A stretch of 56,963 nt of DNA, filler included, from Dugesia japonica (GCA_001938525.1; 6 parts of 6 records of this genome joined end to end with filler, not necessarily neighbours in it), one strand, 5' to 3'. Shown: positions 36,749 through 50,343, counted from the first letter of the whole stretch. Numbers and translations are program-made. The notes: generated by a model from the letters alone, not told the origin.

Positions 36749-37200
36749 AGTAGGTAGATAGTAACACACTCTATCACCCCCTCCCCCCCCTCAAGTTCAA
36801 ATTTTTTCAAGGTCGCTGATACAGTATACTTGTATCTGATTTAGTATACTCAATTCTTATTGGTGGAAAATTTGAAGGTCGAATTTTCAAGGTCAGTGAT
36901 CTTGTATACTCTATTCTGATTGGTCGNNNNNNNNNNNNNNNNNNNNNNNNNNNNNNNNNNNNNNNNNNNNNNNNNNNNNNNNNNNNNNNNNNNNNNNNNN
37001 NNNNNNNNNNNNNNNNNNNNNNNNNNNNNNNNNNNNNNNNNNNNNNNNNNNNNNNNNNNNNNNNNTCAATGTCAAAGTGATACAGTATTCTATGTTCTGA
37101 TTGGTTGATGTGGTTCAAGGTCAAAGTGATATAGTATCCGATAATCTGATTAGTCGAAATTTTTCAAGGTCATTTGATAAAATTCATATTTAAATTGCCC
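36749..37200 (+). mobile_element. Polinton-type terminus (element extends rightward) with TCAAGGTC/ATTGG repeat array
   Basis: AGTAGGTAGATAGTAACACACTCTATCACCCC starts where pPolB similarity stops. It is followed by ~50-bp units containing TCAAGGTCA and CTGATTGG. Confidence 0.7.
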
Positions 37201-37324
37201 AGGCCGACTTCATAATTAAATTTCCCGCGCAGACTTACTATATAAATTTTTTAATGTTTCAAATTTTTTTTTTAATAATAAAATTTAAACAAACTTTTTA
37301 CTTTATTATTAAATCGTTATTTAT

Positions 37325-37632
37325 AATTTAAAACAAAAATAATCAATCGTTATTTTAAACTAAAATAATCATTAGCTATTTAATTTCCATGTAAAATTTA
37401 AAACAAAAATAATCATAAGCTATTTAATTTCCATTTAAAATTTAAAACAAAAATAATCATTCGCTATTTATTTTTCATTCAAAATTTAAAACAAAAAATA
37501 ATCATTAGCTATTTAATTTACATTCAAAATTTAAAACAAAACTAATCATAAGCTATTTAATTTCCATTTAAAATTTAAAACAAAAATAATCATTACTTAT
37601 TTAATTTCGATTTAAAATTTAAAACAAAATAA
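37325..37632 (+). repeat. ~39-bp minisatellite, about 7-8 copies
   Basis: Unit AAAATTTAAAACAAAAATAATCATTAGCTATTTAATTTCCATT and variants. Confidence 0.9.
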
Positions 37633-37671
37633 TTTTGTTATTAAATCTTTATCCAACCACACACAAATTTC

Positions 37672-37771
37672 NNNNNNNNNNNNNNNNNNNNNNNNNNNNN
37701 NNNNNNNNNNNNNNNTTAATTAATTAANNNNNNNNNNNNNNNNNNNNNNNNNNNNNNNNNNNNNNNNNNNN
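37672..37771. other. Artificial scaffold spacer
   Basis: N-run, TTAATTAATTAA (37716-37727), N-run. Confidence 0.97.
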
Positions 37772-38769
37772 ATTTGTGAAGTCACGCTTGCTAATTTATT
37801 GTTAAAAATTGCGAGTCGTATTTTCCCATTACAACAGAATACAAAAGTAATATTTAATTTTATTTATTTTTATATGATCGGAAGACTGGGACGGTGTTTA
37901 TCGTTGACTGGCAGCGCCGGCAACGATGAACATCAGTGCTCAGAGATCCTAGGTAAAATATGAGATCATCCACCCTTATATTATGAGGGATAAAAGATGT
38001 TAAATGTTATGAAAGCTGAGAAAGGTATTTATAAAAAGTTGAGATATTTATGAAAAATGTTTATGAAAGACTGAGAGTTGTGAGAGATGAAATATGAAAG
38101 ATGTTGTATTATGGTTCGAGAAGTGAAATGAAGTGATCATTTAAAGGGATATGAGAGATTAATTATGAACGGATGATAGTGTGTATAAATGGTTATAAAA
38201 TATGAAAGTGGAATGTCTATGACTACGAGTGATGGGNNNNNNNNNNNNNNNNNNNNNNNNNNNNNNNNNNNNNNNNNNNNNNNNNNNNNNNNNNNNNNNN
38301 NNNNNNNNNNNNNNNNNNNNNNNNNNNNNNNNNNNNNNNNNNGAATGTTTATGAAAATATTACTCATTTTATTATCAATCGTTATTTATTTATTATTCTA
38401 GAGAAATTATGATACGAATATTTAGAATGATTATATCATTGATAGTGAAGCTGGCTAATGGATCAGTTGTTATTCGGAGGAGGATGGATGTCTCGCAATA
38501 AAATACACGAATATGCGCATGATAATAAAGTTTAACAAAGATTATTAAGAGATAATAGGAAGGGATCATCAATATGAAAGATAGAATGATTGAATGAAGG
38601 TGAAAATTATTGTGAGTAGTGACAGAGAATCCAAACTCATCCGCAATAATGAAGGATCGTCGATTGGTAAACAGTAATTTTATATCTTCCTTCTTAAATT
38701 ATGTATTATGTATGAGTATTATGTATTATTGAAAGTTAATAAATGCCAATGAAGTTGGTTGTTACTTAG

Positions 38770-39809
38770 AATGTTTAAAGCAATTACTCAAAATGTGGCT
38801 GAAGAATCATTGAAACCAGATGGATGCGTCTGCCAATCAAGCATCGCCAACACCATGCCAAATTTGTGGGATTCAATCGGTGAATACGGAACCGATATCG
38901 ATCCGTAGTGGATTACACAGGATCGCCTTCGAAAAAATGATCAAGGTTTGCTAACTATGAAGGAGCAATTGGATCAAGAACAGCAGTTACTGAAACAGAA
39001 GACAGTGATAATCGGTGACTTACAGAAGAGAATAGAACAGCAGGAACAGGAATATAATGATCGACTAGCGGACCTCACGATCGAACAAGNNNNNNNNNNN
39101 NNNNNNNNNNNNNNNNNNNNNNNNNNNNNNNNNNNNNNNATCGACATCAACAACATCTAATTCAAACAGCACGTTCGGCACACCTCGAAACAGAAGAGTA
39201 TACTAAGATGTCGAATCGTTTAAATGCTACAATAGAGACGGCGCTTTGACAAGTCCTGATTTCATCTGATGAAACTTCCAATATCCCCGAAACTTTGTTG
39301 TGATTCGTATGTGATGTATGTGGTAACATCAATATAGTTTTCGATCTAGCCTTTTTATGTTTTCGACTTCTTTGTCCAGTTAAACAGAATTAAAGATAAA
39401 ATTATATGAGAATTATATTAACTCCGATTTTTAAATGTCTTCTTTGATAAATATGATGAACAATGCAATAAGCAATTTTAACTTTTTAATTATTGTAGTG
39501 TCCGAGGCCAGAAAGCTAATCGCGGAAACTTCGCTAGCGGACATTCGCAGAAAATGGGCATCNNNNNNNNNNNNNNNNNNNNNNNAAATAACTGAACTAC
39601 AACGGAAGAACTTATCATTACGAGAAACCAATGCCAAGTTAAAAGAGAGAGATCTAGCCCTGTCACAGTCTTGTCGAGCGATGGCCGATATCATCAAAGC
39701 CTATATTGATAGAGAAGGAGTATTAATATCTACGGTGAGGACATTAGCTAAAGTTTCGAAGTCGGATAAAGGAATCTCAAAGAGAGCAGTCCAGGAAGTC
39801 ATTGAATAG
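38770..39809 (+). other. Possible fragments or exons of a coiled-coil protein gene
   Basis: Two heptad-rich open segments (MKEQLDQEQQLLKQK..., ITELQRKNLSLRETNAKLKERD...), each preceded by a plausible AG acceptor. Contains stops and N gaps. Confidence 0.3.
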
Positions 39810-40136
39810 GATGTATGAGAAACATTGGACGGGTGATAAATATGGATACGAATAAAATTTTGTACAGATTGTATTTCTGAATTTTTGATTATAGCGGGAG
39901 TTGATAATGATTAATGACGTTTAATTATAAAACGAGAGCCAGATAGAAATTGGAACCTAAGACGGGATACAGCATAGTCCCGCTGAATCCGGGAAATGGG
40001 GGATCGTGTTACTAGNNNNNNNNNNNNNNNNNNNNNNNNNNNNNNNNNNNNNNNNNNNNNNNNNNNNNNNNNNNNNNNNNNNNNNNNNNNNNNNNNNNNN
40101 NNNNNNNNNNNNNNNNNNNNNNNNNNNNNNNNNNNN

Positions 40137-40500
40137 AAAAGCTCAGCAACCCAACAATATAATAAAACAGAAAGCGCTTTACTTTGCACAAAAAAAAATA
40201 ATAGATTTCAAAGTATCTACTGGATGGCTATACTCATTTAAACAAAAAAATAGATTAAAGTTATTAAAGTTACAAGGTGAATCTACAACAACTAGGTCAA
40301 GGAATTATCAAAGCCTTCAAAGTCCTTTTCAATGAGAAGAAATNAACAAATATTATTGAAAACATTGAATCCGGTTTGAAAATGTTTTTGTGCAATAAAA
40401 ATTTAACCATAAAAGTTGCAATCTTCTTTCTTTGAAATACTTCGAAAGATTTATCCGAATTTTCAATCAAAAATTGCTTCAAACATGCTGGCTGGAGATA
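40137..40500 (+). pseudogene. pogo/Tigger-family transposase remnant
   Basis: CENP-B-type HTH IIKQKALYFA..FKVSTGWLYSFKQK...GES joined, through a deletion, to the C-terminal SIKNCFKHAG motif. Confidence 0.8.
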
Positions 40501-42351
40501 TGAAAATAACAATAATAATGAATTATGAGATAATAGAATTCAAGCATCAGATGAATTCATATTAAAGTCTAAATTAAGCGATCTATGGATGAAAATGAAT
40601 TTCTTGATTGTGGATATGGTTTGAATGGTATTTTTGGGGTAGAAAGATAATAATAATAAGATAAAAATATAATAATGGCAACAGGTAGTGACGAAATCAA
40701 AGAAGAGGATATATCAGAAAATAGGACGAAGATTAGTTAAAGAAAGTAGTAATTAAAGGAAAACTAAGAATAGGGAATTAAAATGTAAGCAATTACCAGT
40801 AAAATCTTGAAACAAAAAGGAAACAATTTGGAAATAAAGAAAACAAAGTGACTGGGTTACAAAAAGTTGTTAAAATTATAGGAATATATATTTAAAGAAC
40901 AGGCAAATGTATTTTAATATCGCGAATAATTATGAATTCTTTAACACGCCATTTTTTCTAACCCACCAAATTTTTTAGAATTACGTTTTTTGTCGAGTTA
41001 TAGAGAATTTATAGTAAATAAATGATTTATAAGTAATAAAACATTTGATAAAAATTTTTGTCCCATAGAGATTATTGTTCAATTAAGAATATTGTAAAAA
41101 TTAAAAAACAAAAGTAAAATCGGATTTCAATAGGAGTCGCTCTTTTCTCGACTAAGAACCAACAAAAAATTTTAATTGATGGTAACATTATTTCAGCAGC
41201 TTTGCAGAACGTGCTTGAAAATAAAGAATTTAAATTATGCAAAGATCAGTATTTAATCGTAGATTATGAAATTTTTAAGGATTGAAACACATAATAACAT
41301 TATGTAATAAAACCTAAAATATATCAGTAGTTATGTATTTTAAGCCTATGTTTCACCATATATTAAGAGCCAGATTTGCAAGTGATAAATTTAAAAATAA
41401 ACGTCAAACTGTATAATTTTTAAAATAATTCCTCAAAATTTTAAAANGGTATTTTTTTGATAAAAACCTTGAAAATTTATCGAAATAATTTGGGAAACTA
41501 ATAGAGAAATATTGTGGCATCTGACACTGATTATATAATTACCAACATCATCATATTAAATTCTGTGATATAAATATGGAAATCGCAAATGTAATTGTCC
41601 TAGCAACCTGTTGAAGTGCTGGCTGACTGAATTTCATGATACATTGAACATTCATATTGATAAGTTTACTAAACAATTATGTAATACATACGTATCAAAT
41701 TTATGCATACTGGTCAGGTATTATGTTTCGCAATGTGATCAAATCCCAAGAATGAGCAGGTATATTCCATATTAAAATAAGCATTTACATGAATTATCTA
41801 ATAACCATGTGGTTTTAAGAATTTTTTTTCTTTAATTTTCTAAATAAAATTTCATATTGATAAATTTCAAAATAAATTTTAAAATATAATTAAATTTAAC
41901 AATTTAATAGCATTTCTGCATCATGTGGTATAAAGCAAACTAGGAGTCGTGAGTTATTTTGAAGTACTTTATTATAAAGATTATAAAAATGTTTTATTTT
42001 TTTAATACAGACAATTCATTTTATAGACTTAAAAAAATGATAAATATATACTTTGATGACATAAAATATGTAAATATTTATTAATTGTAAATTAAATGCT
42101 AAATTAAGATTATCATTAGAATAAAAATCGAAAGTTTATTTAAACTTGGAGTCGAGATTGTTTATCAGATAAATTTTTTGGGGTCGTGGCATGTTTGGAT
42201 AGCACTGGTTTACAGTATGAAACCACAGACCTCAATTACGGAAAAACTTATTAATTAGTATGAAATAATATATAAATGCACATTTAGATTATACTAAAAA
42301 GTATAACTTCATTGATTAAATGAAAAGATTTTTTTCAACAGCACGCAAATG

Positions 42352-42445
42352 TTTTACAATTACAACTATTGCGAGAATAATTGTTAGATTAAGCCATTGA
42401 TCTCATTTAAGATTTCATTAAATTAAAAGCTTCGATTAAATGTTT
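42352..42445 (+). mobile_element. MITE-like repeat, partial copy 2
   Basis: TTTTACAATTACAACTATTGCGAGAATAATTGTT...TTCATTAAATTAAAAGCTTCGAT matches the copy at 24275. Confidence 0.7.
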
Positions 42446-44759
42446 TTTTTATATTTTTTATAATTTTTTAGTTGTTAGTATTTCAAATTGTTGACTTTTG
42501 TCTTCTTCAGAATATAACTTTTTGATTGATTTTATAAATTTTATAAAAAAAATTTCAAAATTGTTTGCATTTTATTGAAATCTAATTGAATAACGTTAAT
42601 TTAATTTAAATTAAATTTATTTAAGTTTATTTTAATTATTATTGTGATGAAAAGCTAAAAAGTTTGCTTAAATAATTAAAATAATAGTAGTAATAAATTA
42701 TCACGTATTTTGAGTATTTTAAAATAATTATTTTAACACTGATCTCAATCTATTGTTTTGGATATTTAAATTGTTTCGTGAAAAGTGGATAGTTTCAGGA
42801 ACTCTTTTGAATATTAAAAATTTGTGTACAATTTCAAATTACGACGTTGTGGAATATTTAAATTAACTATTGAGAGAAATTATTTGTTCAGAAGTTGTTC
42901 GTGTGATATTACAAGCTAGTTTTTCTTGTGATTTAACTTGATATTGAAGAGCAGACGTTAGTTATTTATAATAGTTGTACAGTATATTATATTAGTTGAT
43001 TATAATCTAGTTGATTATAATTATAAATAAATTCTTCGTAATTCAATTCATATTTATTATTATTATTTGAGTATTACATATAAATAATTAATATTGCTAT
43101 TACGAACGGTCATAATAATTATTAAACTTTTATTCACTTAAACAAAATTATTATGAGCTTTTTCTCTATGACATGGCCAAAGATTTATTGCCTCATAGCA
43201 TTTAAAATTATTGTTAACTAGATTGGTTTTAGGTTTATAGTCTTTGATCAATATTTCTTCATGTTTCTTCCTGTGAAGTGTAGAGATATATCTTGTTCCT
43301 AATGTTTTCCAGATTTTATATGATGTTTTTCTGGTGAAATTTTATGTTTGTGTTGAAAGTATTTGAAGATAAGGAATACTTAAATCTATTTGGTTGAAAA
43401 AAATTTCCCGGCTGACATTGTATGCGGGTGTGTTTAGGTATCCACTAATCCAAATGCATGAAACTTTTTGGCGGAAAATTTAAATAAAGAATTTAGATAC
43501 AATTTATATAGTGTTTGGTGGACAATTTGAATTTAAATATTTGGCAGACAATATAAATTAAATATTGCATTCGCGAAGCTTGTGTGTTACATGCGTGAAG
43601 GTTGCATATGTTCTTTGTTTTAATGAATGTAATTTATTATTTTGCTGAAATTATTGTTAATTTGTTTTAATTCATTAAATTTTTCTCGGGCAATATTATA
43701 ATGAATAAAAAAAATTGTATCACTTAAGTAAGAATCATGAACTGTTTATACATTTTCTAAAGCAGCGTACACCCCACAGGGGAGCAATTGAAAAATGAAT
43801 TTTTGTAGAATTCAAATTTAACCATATGGCGACTCTAAGTCATCTCTCAAGCTTAGTAAACATCCAGTATGGAGTGCAAATAACTTTTGGCCGCTATTTC
43901 AATATTTCACGCCATTTTTATGGATTATCTCACCACGAATGACTCCGCTTATAAGAGCAATGAAATGACATTATGAGGTGGCCGAGATGCATTCAGATAA
44001 CTTCGATTTGAATACCTGAATATATTATGTTTGCTTAATAACTTCCTAGTTCTTTCTACCTGAAGTCCATCATTTAAGATACTCATTGAAAAATTAAACA
44101 ATTTTATGTTATGTGGGGGATATATTAAAATTTTTAAAGCTTAGGTGGGGCATGGCACGAAAAAGGTTGGGAAAATGTTTTGTTCTCATAGTAATGAAAT
44201 GGGTAATTTAAACTATTCTGAGTGTTTTGTAATTGGTATATATATATNNNNNNNNNNNNNNNNNNNNNNNNNNNNNNNNNNNNNNNNATGGCAAATGTTT
44301 AATAAAAAATAAATAACGTCATTTAAAATAAAATTTCATTGTTATATATTTCAACGGATCAAATTACTAATTGTAAACCTATAAAAATCAAAGACGTTTT
44401 TCAAAAATTTTTAATTTTAAATTGTATTAAAATTTTTGTATTAAAATGATAAAAAAATTGAAAATTATTTTAAAAAATAAAATACAAGACTTATAAAAAC
44501 CTAGAGAAAACATGAAAATATATTAAAATTACACAAATTAAAAAATATTTTATATATAAAAAACTTTAATCAATTTAGTCGAAAGAACTGCCTGTACATT
44601 AATAATGGGATTATGAAATCTAATCATGAACGACTCTCCCAGTAATTTTTAAATTGCTAAGACAAAATTTTAAAATTTGAAATTTCAACATTCACATTAC
44701 AATTACTTTTGTTGTTAAATTTATGTTCTGCAATATTACTACCACCACCAAAACAATTA

Positions 44760-45113
44760 ATTGGAACAGCTCTCGCAAATCTGCTAAATACATAAACACG
44801 TGTCAAAATTTTCTTGTATTCTTTATTAATTCTTCATTATGGAATCATTTCCATCAAATCCAATTGCCATAAATCATCAATACCAAATGTTGAAAATCTT
44901 TTCAGCATTGGTTTGTTTAGATTGTATGTTAACTGGTTCGACAACCACTTTTTCGTTTTGCTTTTTGAATTTTGCGTTGTTTTCCAAAGTTTTTCTACTC
45001 CTTTGAATCTGGATGGATTTTGAAAATCTGTACATATAATTTCGATTTTCTCCATTACAACTATTTGATATGAATCGGAGATAAATTCTTGATAATAATT
45101 CCAAGTATCCCAT
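44760..45113 (-). pseudogene. Polinton integrase N-terminal remnant (different family from 32069)
   Basis: NPSRFKGVEKLWK..TKKWLSNQLTYNLNKP..GIDDLWQLDLMEM, then VFSRFARAVP. Confidence 0.82.
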
Positions 45114-45116
45114 TGT

Positions 45117-45432
45117 TTATGTACAATTTACCAGGCCCAATGTAGCCAATACAATTGGTAGTAATGCAGCTATAAAACTGCCATTTTGTTTATACATTAC
45201 TTTTCCCATCAATTTCTTATTCTTGGTATTTACAAGTGTTAACAGTGAATTATTATGTTTTTGTAATACTAGCTTTCTAGCTTTGCTATATTTATATTAC
45301 CACGAACATTTATGATAATCTCTAGTAAAGTATCAATAATAAACGTTGGAAATGATTGTAAAATTTCCATTCTCATTTCCTTTGGAGGCTTGAGCAATGC
45401 ATTGAAAAATGGAAGACTTTTCGAAATTTCAT
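45117..45432 (-). pseudogene. Polinton small basic core-like protein remnant
   Basis: Manual translation LPFFNALLKPPKEMRMEIL..IDTLLEIIINVRGNI...KQNGSFIAALLPIVL (GGF-type hydrophobic tail), directly upstream of the integrase. Confidence 0.6.
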
Positions 45433-46119
45433 TTTATATTTAAATAAATACATGAATGTTATTTATTTATAACTTTATCCATTTTTCATTTGTAAGTTTC
45501 TTTCCTTCTCTTTGTGATAGCTTTCTAAACTTGTTCAATTAATTCTTCTTTGTGTATCTCTTCTTTATTTGTTTTGTGTATTTGTTTCTTACTTTCGATT
45601 TTCGAATAGTTATTACTATCGATTTTTGAATAATGGTTTGGTTGATAAACTACAAATTTTTTAAAGTTTGTCATTTTATAAATAAATAATTACTTCAATT
45701 GTTTATAAACTGTTATTCCATTCGGATTGAAAATATCAGTTCGTTCATCTAGTCATTGTTATATAAAATCGAGAAAAAGAACTTTGAACGTATTTAAATA
45801 TATTATTATTCACATTTATTCCTTCCAAAACATATCTCCTTCGGTAATCGAAATGACTGTCACTACTGCCGGTGGCTTGTTGAACTCTTGCCACAACGTT
45901 CTCGTATTCACCAATACGAAACATTTTATTTTGAGCTTCAAAAACATGCGATTGTTCTGCACTAAGATTTGCTCGCCTCTACGGTCATTGCTCACCCGAT
46001 CACTTAAAGTCTTATTTTTTGCTTTCAGTTGTCGGTTTTCTTCTTGCGATGCCAGCAGTTTCTTTCTTTATCTTTTTAACCCCTGCTTTCCATAAGGCTT
46101 GCTGTCATGTACACTGAAA

Positions 46120-46363
46120 TACATACAGTTTTCCTGAAACACATGCAATATTACGTCATAATTTTTTAAAAAACGTGATTACATAAAAAAATTGAAAAAT
46201 ACATTATTACGTAAGAAAAATCTAAAAATATACAGTATTGTATAAAAACCTTCAAAAATATATACAGTATTACATAAGAATTTTCTAAAAACACATGGTT
46301 TTCTGGAACACACACAGTACTTCGTTACTAGGGGGTGTTCCAGTGCGCCACTATTCCTCTACA
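46120..46363 (-). mobile_element. Polinton-type terminus with TTACRTAA array
   Basis: The reverse complement TGTAGAGGAATAGTGGCGCACTGGAACACCCCC aligns without gaps to the 29489 and 36749 termini. Polinton genes lie on the inner side. Confidence 0.6.
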
Positions 46364-47735
46364 ACGAAAATAAATCATCAAATCAGTCCATGGGTTCATG
46401 TGTTATTTTAATGTATCAGATTAAGGTTAATACTAAAAGTAAAAATAAGTTCAAAGTTATTTCGTTACTTGTATATCATCATTAAAAACATTAACCAATT
46501 TCAGACACTTTTCAGTTTCCACAATAATACAAATTATATCGTCACTATCTTATTATTATCATATAAAATTAGAAATAAGTTAATCATTAGAATTTAAATC
46601 ATTCGAAATTATTAACAAGAGATTATAAAAATAAAAACTGTTTTCATTTTAAATAAAATATTCTAAGCATCTAATAATTATAGGACAAAATAATGATGTT
46701 AACTAAATTATCATACTTGTACAATCATTTTACTATTCGAAATTCATGTTAATCATTATTAAATAAAATACTTATAAAATTGTAAGTCACATTATAATCA
46801 AATTTATCATAAATATAAAAATTATATAAAAAAGAAACTAAAATTAAATTAAATACAAAAATCGCGTAAAATAAAATTATTAACCGATTTATCATTAAAA
46901 CGAAACTCGTATCAAAAATAAAATCATAAAGCTACTATAAATAATTAGGATGTAAATTTATATTTTAACTGAATACTACACTATAAAATAAAGAACTTAC
47001 GCAACTTTCATGTCATATACAAGAAAAAATAGAAGATCAACCATCACTAGCTTATATCGCATATCTTATTCGCTTTCCAATAATCAAGTAACAATTTTAT
47101 CAACAAAATTTACTCGCATAGATTCAAATAACTATTTCGCTTTGTAACAATCGATTTAAATATTTATTTGCCAAACATAAATAAACATCATCTCTTCTCA
47201 TAACTAATAATCAAAATCCTTATCTGATTTACTACTCTGGTGGATGATCTTCATAAAAGGGCAGTAGTTTATTCATTCATAATACATCATTAAATGTCAG
47301 TAACTAAAATCAAAAATTACTTCTATTGTTAATATAGTTTTTTTCCAAGCTAATAATTCAACAGTTGTAATGATGCTCTCCTTGGCAATTTTTTCCGTAA
47401 CAATTAACTTAATTTAATAAGGTTTTATAGCAATTGTGATGTTGATCACTATGAATATTTTTGATTTTGATGTTTTAGTGCTGCTTTTAAATTCAAGTAT
47501 AAAGATTACTGCGAGGTGTTGCTCGCTTTTGGTTTTTCCAAAATTTAAATTACTTTTTGCAAGCTTGTACTTGCATAGCTAATAACATTTTTCAAATTTA
47601 AAGGTCACCATTACTAGGTAACAATAATAATATACTAATCTCTTGATGATAATCAAAATTAATTATAATAATCAATATTTTTTCTAATTTTTGACGGTAA
47701 TAGGCGGAAAGAAACGTTACTTGGGCAATTTTTTT

Positions 47736-47835
47736 NNNNNNNNNNNNNNNNNNNNNNNNNNNNNNNNNNNNNNNNNNNNTTAATTAATTAANNNNNNNNN
47801 NNNNNNNNNNNNNNNNNNNNNNNNNNNNNNNNNNN
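47736..47835. other. Artificial scaffold spacer
   Basis: N-run, TTAATTAATTAA (47780-47791), N-run. Confidence 0.97.
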
Positions 47836-49329
47836 TTAGTAAATAAATTTGTGACATCAAATGAGACCATAAAGCAATCATTACTAATCAATGGATACTG
47901 AGAAATAAAAGATGAAAATTAAAAACTATCTTTGCACTCAAATTAAGATTTATGTAAAAGCTTAACAAGCTTATCCAACATTAGCTCCAACATTAGCTTC
48001 TATTTTCTTGTCTAAATTAGAGAGAAAGATTTATAGCAAATAAATTTTTTAAAAAATGGTGTTAAATTATTTACTTGTAATATATTTTTGTTAATTTAAA
48101 TACCATTTAAAAGTTTAGAGAAAACATTAATGTTAACTTTAGATTTTGTCATTAAACTGGAAAATAACGGAAAAGATTAAGGGAAATAATTAAAAAACAT
48201 TTTACAATATAAAATTATTATACTTAGTTGACAATCAGTAAATTTTAGATTTCGAGTAATTACAAGTTATTTTATAAATTCAACTTAAATCACTAAATAT
48301 ACCTAATTGAAATGATCTATCAATTTATAGTTATGAATACATTATTTTGCGATGGATCATGGTTAAAAATTAGTTATGATTTTGTGCTGAAATATTTTAG
48401 ATATATTTGCAATTGTCATTAGATTTTCAGATAATGGTTGATATCCATTTATAATTGAAAAACATATTTAAAGTTTAGCAATCGGAAACAGTAATATTTT
48501 TAGTGGAAATGAAAATAATTAGTTTTTCATACTGACTTGATATTTAGTTAAAATACAACTAGAGCGAAATTAATTTAACAGTATATGAAAAAATAGTATT
48601 CCTATTTTGAATATTAATTTTTAATAATAATTACTATTTTTAATAATAATTAGTAGTTTTAATTACACTTTTTAAAAATTATTTTTAATTTTAAATAAAA
48701 TTAAATTCTTAATTCGTGGTTAACCTTATAATGTTACAGTTATTAAATTTGAATATATATTTCAGTCAAAAAATCATTATGAAAGTACATTCTAGTTTAT
48801 AAATATTCATTTTCACCGGAAATAATTTTACTAATTCAAATTGGGTTACCAAAGAACAACCCTGTCTACAAATTTGATCTCAATAATAAAAATTAATCAT
48901 TTTAAATAATAAAATAAATTACCTGTACATTCTTTTCATTTGAGTCTTATTTACTACGAAATCGAATAATTTCCGTATGGTACGCTTATGTTCTTATCAG
49001 GCCATCTTATCTTTTATTGCCATTATTTGTTAATGCGTCTTTAGGTTATTAAATTTGAATACATAAAAACTGGTCGTTTTTCCTTCATATTCTAAATTAC
49101 TTTACTGAGACCGGTTTATTGTACCGGTATGGCTGATGATTGATGTTAGTATCTTAGCCTTCATGTTGTTTGATTCGCAAAGGAAACTTAAACATTTTGA
49201 AATGAGGAAAACCCATTCTTTGTATTTCTTTTCCATATTTTCATTATTTTTCTTAGCTTTTTGTTCTTTTGGCTCAAAGCTCAACTAAACAAGTTATTTA
49301 TGTCAATATACAACAACTCTGTATTTTCG

Positions 49330-49705
49330 TCTGAGATTTTCGGTGATTATTGACAAAAGTGAGCCCGTCACTAATTTCAACTTCAAAAAAGTTTTACATG
49401 TCGTTATCAGTCGAAGGTTTTTATGGGTTTATTTAAAGTCATCAGGGCAGATGCCTAGCTCATATCTGGAATGTCGAAGAAATTTAAAGGGTACAAACGA
49501 TTGTGAGCTAAGGATTTGGCTCAAAATACTGAAAAAAGTCAACTAAGAGAAAAACATTCAACTTCATGTACAACAACATATAGTTAAGTACGTTTTTGCA
49601 TTTCAAGATTTTCCACATGTCCACCGCTTTCTCGTAGGCTTCATTGTTAAGTTCTTCCCATTTTGGTGGTATGCTTTTCATGTCTACTAGTTTACAAGTA
49701 TACAA
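49330..49705 (-). pseudogene. pPolB: Third pPolB fragment (ExoIII region)
   Basis: AYEKAVDMWKILKCKNVLNYMLLYMKLNVFLLVDFF, followed by TDNDM*NFFE..IS.GLTFVN (IRGG-like region). Confidence 0.75.
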
Positions 49706-49752
49706 GTTTTATAGAACCGAAACCCGCATCAACAAATCATGACGACTATTAG

Positions 49753-50343
49753 TTTTATAATTACAATTATTGCGAGAATAATTGCTGGATCTAATCATTG
49801 ACTGTATTTGAGATTTCATTAAAATAAAGTAATAATTTCGATCAAATAAAATTGTTGCTTTATATATATTCAAATTTTCGACTATTGTCTTCTGAAATAT
49901 TCCTGAAGAAGAAAATAGTAGAAAATTTGAATACCAATAAAACAACAATATAATCAAAGCTATTACTTTATTCTGAACTATTAGCTTGGTTAACAATATC
50001 TCGAGTTTCCATAAATATTAATTTAATCCTAAATTGTTTAGGTGTTTGTTGAAAGTTAGAAAAGATGAATATTGGGAATATTCAAACAAATTAATTCTCT
50101 TCATTTAATATAAAAGCTTTGATCAAATTTTGATTTTTTTATTGATATTGGATAACAATTCGATGTTTCGACCTTGTCTTTAAAAAGTCAATTCCTGGCG
50201 AAGACAAGGTTGAAATATCGAATTGTTATCCAATATCAATAAAAAAACCAAATTTTGATCAAAGCTTTTATATTAAATGAATTCTATAAAACGATGAATG
50301 GTTATGTCCAACAATTATTCTCGCAATAATTGTAATTGTAAAA
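49753..50343. mobile_element. MITE-like element with terminal inverted repeats and an internal ~180-bp hairpin
   Basis: TTTTATAATTACAATTATTGCGAGAATAATTG at 49753 is inverted at 50312-50343. The segment 50100-50280 is a near-perfect palindrome. Confidence 0.8.

Noticed and set aside
37325-37632. Regular ~39-bp repeats as a CRISPR array
   Set aside because: The units are head-to-tail with no unique spacers, there are no cas genes, and the context is eukaryotic.
43140-43620. Possible non-LTR RNase H remnant on the minus strand (WIPKHTRI)
   Set aside because: A single short motif; the other catalytic motifs could not be confirmed.
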